In this document: one piece after another, positions 59,745 through 64,000 of the stretch
Numbering within the stretch: position 1 is the stretch's first letter
Layout: each line of letters begins with the position of its first letter
NCBI GenBank assembly: GCA_041391385.1
Contig: JAWKOD010000003.1
Location: forward strand, 263,360 to 327,359
Reading direction: 5' to 3'
DNA: 64,000 bases
Source: Bdellovibrionota bacterium
Lineage (GTDB): Bacteria > Bdellovibrionota > UBA2428
Notes under the pieces: model-generated
Told to the model about the DNA's origin: nothing
What the model saw: only the letters and a program-made list of their open reading frames with translations
Databases searched by the model: none
Program-made: the position numbers and the translations under genes

Positions 59745-62336
59745 TTACTGGCACGCTTCGCAATCGGGATTTTCGATTGAGCACGCTTTCACTTCGTTCA
59801 TCATTTGAGGTTCAAACTCTTCTCGTTCTTTAGCTTCTGCAGTAACAGGTATTACAGGAGCTACGTTATTGTATTCGCGAGTTGTAAGAGTTGACTTTTC
59901 AACTCCTGTCGCAGCAAGAGATCTCAAGTAATAAGTAGTCTTAAGCCCTTTCTTCCAAGCATAACGATACATTTCATCAAGCTTCTTGCCGTTCGGAGCT
60001 TCAATATAAAGGTTCAAGCTCTGTCCCATATCTATCCATTTTTGACGACGACTCGCGCAGTCAATCAACCACTTAGCAGGAACATCAAAGGCTGTCTGAT
60101 AAAGCCTCTTAAGGTCTTCAGGGATTGTGTCTACTTGCGCAAGATTCCCATCATATCTCTTAAGCTGCGTGATCATCTCTTGAGTCCAAAGATTTCGTTC
60201 TTTTAAATCTTTTACAAGATATGAGTTAATCAGAGTGAACTCACCCGACATGTTACTCTTCACAAAAAGGTTTTTATAAGTAGGCTCAATAGACTGTGTG
60301 GTTCCTGCAATGTTTGAGATAGTTGCAGTAGGCGCAATCGCCATACAATTACTGTTTCTCATACCGTGCTTTTTGATGGCTTTTCTAACAGGAGTCCAAT
60401 CAAGCTTAGTGGAAGTATCCATATCAACCTGATCGGCGCCACGAGATTCAGCAACTTTAGCAATAGAGTCCACAGGAAGTATTCCCTGATCCCAAAGACT
60501 TCCCTTAAAGCTACTATAAGCTCCTCGCTCTTTAGCCAACTCAGTAGAGGCTAGAATTGCATTGTAGGAAATCAACTCCATACTTTCATCCGCAAAGTCT
60601 ACGGCTTGATCAGTGTCATAGGGGATTCTCATCGCATAAAGCGCATCTTGAAAGCCCATAATTCCCAAACCAACGGGGCGGTGTTTACTGTTAGAGTTTT
60701 TACTCTCAGGAATAGGATAATGGTTTTGATCGATAACGTTATCGAGCATTCTCATTGCCGTATTCACAGTCTTTGCAACTTTTTCTTTATCCAAGCCCAC
60801 ACCTGGAATGATGTGATTTTGAAGATTCACAGAACCCAAATTACAAACTGCAACTTCATCTTTGTTTGTGTTCAAAAGAATCTCAGTACAAAGGTTAGAG
60901 CTATGAACAACTCCTACGTGTTGTTGGGGCGATCGCAAGTTACTTGGATCTTTAAATGTAATCCAAGGGTGACCCGTTTCGAACAACATGGAGAGCATTT
61001 TTCTCCACAACTTAGTTGCTTCAACTGTTTTAAAGTTTTTGATCTCGCCTCGTGCAGCTTTTTCTTCGTAAGCCACATAAGCTTTCTCAAAATCCTTGCC
61101 ATAGAGATCGTGCAAGTCAGAAACGTCTTCAGGAGAGAAAAGCGTCCAATCTTCTTTTGCTTCAACTCTCTTCATGAACAAATCAGGAATCCAGTTGGCA
61201 GTGTTCATATCGTGGCAACGACGACGGTCATCACCCGTGTTTTTACGAAGCTCAAGATATTCTTCGATGTCGATGTGCCAGCTTTCAAGATAAGAGCAAA
61301 CAGCGCCCTTTCTCTTGCCGCCTTGATTGACAGCAATAGCCGTATCATTCGCTACTTTTAAAAATGGAATAACGCCCTGAGAGCTTCCATTCGTACCTTT
61401 AATGTGAGCTCCTAATCCACGCACTGGAGTCCAGTCGTTTCCAAGTCCACCTGAAAACTTAGACAGAAGTGCATTGTCCCTAAGCGCTTTATAGATGTCA
61501 CCCAAGTCATCTGGGACTGTCGTCAGAAAGCACGAAGAGAGCTGGGGGTATAGAGTTCCCGAATTAAAGAGAGTGGGAGTTGAAGAGACATAATCGAAGG
61601 ACGAAAGCAGGTCGTAAAACTCTATTGCTCTCTTCGTACGTTCCTCGACTGTTGATTCAATAAGAGCCAAGCCCATAGCCACGCGCATCCAAAAGACTTG
61701 AGGCAACTCGATACGGCGTCCGTCTACGTGAATAAAATAACGGTCATAAAGTGTTTGAAGTCCAAGAAAAGTAAACTTCTCATCGCGCTCTGGCTTAATA
61801 GCGGCAGCAATTTCGTCTAGTTTAAAATCTGTTTTAAGCCTTGGATCCAAGCGTCCTGCTTCGACACCTACGTTAAGGTATTCAGTGAGATAATGACGAT
61901 AAGCTTCGTCGCGCTCTGCAAGAACAACGGAACGTCCAATAACTTCTTCAAATGCAGATTGTAAAAGCAATCGTGCAGTAACGAAGGAGTAAGCAGGGTC
62001 GCGCTCAATAAAGGCACGTGTCGCCATAATGGCAGCCTTCATGAGTTCATGTTGAGGAATTCCCTCGTAAAGCGCGTTAAGCGTTTCAGAAGTAATAAGT
62101 TCCAAATCAACTTCCTTAGCCGTAAAGCCTCGAGTCGACTCAGCAATGAGCTGGCGAAGCCTTGCCTCATCAAAAGGCACTTGGGTTGCGTCATTAAGCG
62201 TCACAAAGTTGATGACGCCGGGCACTAGACCTTTCGGGTCTTCAGTTTCAAGAGTAAAAGAGTTGCGTGTGTCCAATGACATTCTAAAATTACCTCCAAG
62301 TAAATTTGGGACGTTATATAGGATTTGTGCTGGCAC
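59745..62336 (-). CDS. nrdA: Ribonucleotide reductase large subunit (class I R1)
   Basis: Product of 863 aa with catalytic-site regions (…NLCTEI…, …SNMSGEF…) and a C-terminal Cys pair (…NPDCEACQ). It is immediately upstream of nrdB. Confidence 0.9.
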   Translation of the reverse strand: MPAQILYNVPNLLGGNFRMSLDTRNSFTLETEDPKGLVPGVINFVTLNDATQVPFDEARLRQLIAESTRGFTAKEVDLELITSETLNALYEGIPQHELMKAAIMATRAFIERDPAYSFVTARLLLQSAFEEVIGRSVVLAERDEAYRHYLTEYLNVGVEAGRLDPRLKTDFKLDEIAAAIKPERDEKFTFLGLQTLYDRYFIHVDGRRIELPQVFWMRVAMGLALIESTVEERTKRAIEFYDLLSSFDYVSSTPTLFNSGTLYPQLSSCFLTTVPDDLGDIYKALRDNALLSKFSGGLGNDWTPVRGLGAHIKGTNGSSQGVIPFLKVANDTAIAVNQGGKRKGAVCSYLESWHIDIEEYLELRKNTGDDRRRCHDMNTANWIPDLFMKRVEAKEDWTLFSPEDVSDLHDLYGKDFEKAYVAYEEKAARGEIKNFKTVEATKLWRKMLSMLFETGHPWITFKDPSNLRSPQQHVGVVHSSNLCTEILLNTNKDEVAVCNLGSVNLQNHIIPGVGLDKEKVAKTVNTAMRMLDNVIDQNHYPIPESKNSNSKHRPVGLGIMGFQDALYAMRIPYDTDQAVDFADESMELISYNAILASTELAKERGAYSSFKGSLWDQGILPVDSIAKVAESRGADQVDMDTSTKLDWTPVRKAIKKHGMRNSNCMAIAPTATISNIAGTTQSIEPTYKNLFVKSNMSGEFTLINSYLVKDLKERNLWTQEMITQLKRYDGNLAQVDTIPEDLKRLYQTAFDVPAKWLIDCASRRQKWIDMGQSLNLYIEAPNGKKLDEMYRYAWKKGLKTTYYLRSLAATGVEKSTLTTREYNNVAPVIPVTAEAKEREEFEPQMMNEVKACSIENPDCEACQ

Positions 62337-62786
62337 CCTCCCGTGTTCGTCTGCACTCTTTTAGGAGTGTCGAACAGGCATCAGCAGATCCTCTTGGCCG
62401 CCTCGGCTAGGTCACTGTTTTCTGACAGTTAACCTTAGCTTTTCAAGCTTCCAACCCAACTCTTTCGAGTTGTTTCGGAGGCGTCTTGCTCCAGCTTCGG
62501 GGCTCTACATTTAAGAGTCACACAACATATAGACGGATTCAAGGCCATATATGACCATATATTGTAATTTTTTTATTTTTTTTTCTTTTGGGCCTAAAAG
62601 CCCACCCCAAGCAAAGCGACCTTTTAACGCGGAGTGACCATTAGCAAAATTTTGGCTTTTCAGCCTTAGAAACCTCGCACAAAACTCTTCAAGCCCTGAC
62701 ACCCCTAAGTATTGACTTTATCTAAGTTACGCCGAGAATAATGCACATTCTTAAAAGCAGCCTAAGACATCGTCGACGCCCAAAAC

Positions 62787-63977
62787 TTAACTCTTACGAA
62801 GGGCCATTGGGAAACTAAGCCCTTGCACCAATATAGAAAAAACCACGACCACGTAGGTCAGGCTTAACACAACACTTCGCTCAGGAGATGCTGGAAGAGA
62901 AAGCGCAAGGGCAATTGAAATTCCACCCCTGAGACCGCCCCACGTTAAAATCTTGATTGCTCCTGGAGAAAAACTACGCCACTTCTTAAGAAACAAAATA
63001 GGAAGTGCAACACTCACATAGCGACTTAGAAGGGTAATTGGAATAACAATGACTCCCGCTAAAATGTAACTCAGATATGGAAAAATAACTAAGAGCTCTA
63101 AGCCAATAAACATGAATAAAAATGCATTAAGTATCTCGTCAATTAACTCCCAAAACATATCCAGTCGCTCAGCCGTTTGATCACTCATTGCGAAACTCTT
63201 ACCCTGATTTCCCATGAGCAAGCCGGCTACAACCATAGCGATAGGGCCCGAACTATGCAGAGCCATTGCCAGGGTGTAACCACCCATCACAAGAGCGAGT
63301 GTAATTAAAATTTCAACCTTGTACTCGTCTATGCTTCTTAAAAGCCTAAAAGCAAAGTATCCGAGCACAAGCCCTACAAGCGCACCACCCAAAGCCTCCT
63401 TAAGAAACAAAACCACAACATCAGAAGCGCTTAAGTGCGCTCCTTCATAAACAATTTTGTAGAGGATAAGAAAAACAACCACTCCAACGCCATCATTAAA
63501 AAGTGACTCTCCTGCTATTTTGGTCTCTAGCGCTTTAGGTGCTTTGTTCTTTTTCATTAAAGACAAAACCGCAATGGGATCCGTCGGTGAAATGAGCGAG
63601 CCGAAAAGCAAGCAATGCAAAAAACTCATCTCAATATGAAGAGCTTGCAACAAAAGATAAGTTCCTGTGCCCACAAAAAACGTCGAAAAAATGAGCCCAA
63701 AAGTTGCTAAAGAAAAAATTGCACCCCTCTGTTGCTTGAGATCGTCTAAGTTCACGTGAAGCGCTCCTGCAAAAAGCAAAAAACTCAATAGGATTTGCAT
63801 CAGGGTGACTTGAAAAGGAACTTGATTGAGTATCTCCCTCGCTTGGGCTTCATAATGAATACCCGCCTTACCAATCAATAAAATTGCGAATGAAAAAAGC
63901 AACGAAGTGAGCATGATGCCAATTGTTGTTGGGAGCTTAATGTAGCGATAATTCAGATAAGAAAATAAAGCCGCCAT
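62787..63977 (-). CDS. Monovalent cation:proton antiporter (CPA1 / NhaP-type Na+/H+ exchanger)
   Basis: About 12 TM helices and the CPA1-like segment [15 protein letters not shown]. Product is 396 aa. Confidence 0.65.
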   Translation of the reverse strand: MAALFSYLNYRYIKLPTTIGIMLTSLLFSFAILLIGKAGIHYEAQAREILNQVPFQVTLMQILLSFLLFAGALHVNLDDLKQQRGAIFSLATFGLIFSTFFVGTGTYLLLQALHIEMSFLHCLLFGSLISPTDPIAVLSLMKKNKAPKALETKIAGESLFNDGVGVVVFLILYKIVYEGAHLSASDVVVLFLKEALGGALVGLVLGYFAFRLLRSIDEYKVEILITLALVMGGYTLAMALHSSGPIAMVVAGLLMGNQGKSFAMSDQTAERLDMFWELIDEILNAFLFMFIGLELLVIFPYLSYILAGVIVIPITLLSRYVSVALPILFLKKWRSFSPGAIKILTWGGLRGGISIALALSLPASPERSVVLSLTYVVVVFSILVQGLSFPMALRKS

Positions 63978-64000
63978 GCAAATAAGGAGTGATGTAACTT

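Noticed and set aside
62428-62443. CTGT-N6-ACAG inverted repeat resembling an SOS (LexA) box upstream of nrdA
   Set aside because: The spacer is 6 nt, not the 8 nt (CTGT-N8-ACAG) of gamma-proteobacterial LexA boxes. Delta-proteobacterial and Bdellovibrio LexA motifs differ, and nothing supports LexA control here.
62571-62606. T-run plus GGGC/GCCC hairpin as a terminator for the NhaP-type gene
   Set aside because: On the transcribed (minus) strand the hairpin is followed by an A-run, not a U-run. On the plus strand the T-run precedes the hairpin. Neither orientation is a canonical intrinsic terminator.
62511-62702. 63-aa ORF inside the nrdA upstream leader
   Set aside because: It has no RBS or start context, is T-homopolymer rich and lies in a regulatory region. 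It is more likely non-coding.
1-64000. Search for CRISPR arrays, tRNA or rRNA genes, integrases or transposases and prophage boundaries
   Set aside because: I saw no regularly spaced direct repeats, no cloverleaf-compatible conserved tRNA boxes in intergenic regions and no recombinase or transposase ORFs. The only compositional island signal is the low-GC polysaccharide locus.

Overview
The window looks like a chromosomal segment from a Bdellovibrio-like (Bdellovibrionota/Oligoflexia) bacterium. That call is inferred from gene content (Bat aerotolerance-type genes, many secreted hypotheticals, Mrp antiporter) and not from any search. Housekeeping blocks are uvrB, a serA + class-V aminotransferase pair, hemB, folE2, rlmE, NADP-IDH, rplC, a polar-amino-acid ABC transporter, mrpABCDEFG and nrdAB. 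A roughly 15 kb polysaccharide locus (about 20.7–36.3 kb) lies between them and looks qualitatively lower in GC. It carries a Wzc-like co-polymerase, an acetyltransferase, Wzy-like fragments, a WbaP-like initiating transferase, a GT-B glycosyltransferase, a nucleotide-sugar dehydrogenase, a CMP-sialate-synthetase::HAD-phosphatase fusion, a NeuB-family synthase, a second GT-B enzyme, a PL5 alginate-lyase-like lipoprotein, a Wza-like exporter and an MsbA-type ABC exporter. Directly downstream is an unusual operon: an S58/DmpA peptidase with a tandem (two-module) D-Ala–D-Ala-ligase-like ATP-grasp protein. NrdB shows a class Ic signature (Glu and Phe at the first metal-ligand and radical-Tyr positions). 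At least ten genes, including the essential rplC, are interrupted by single-base indels, several of which I traced to homopolymer runs, so I read the breaks as consensus sequencing errors and not as pseudogenes. I found no transposases, integrases, CRISPR arrays, tRNA or rRNA genes.
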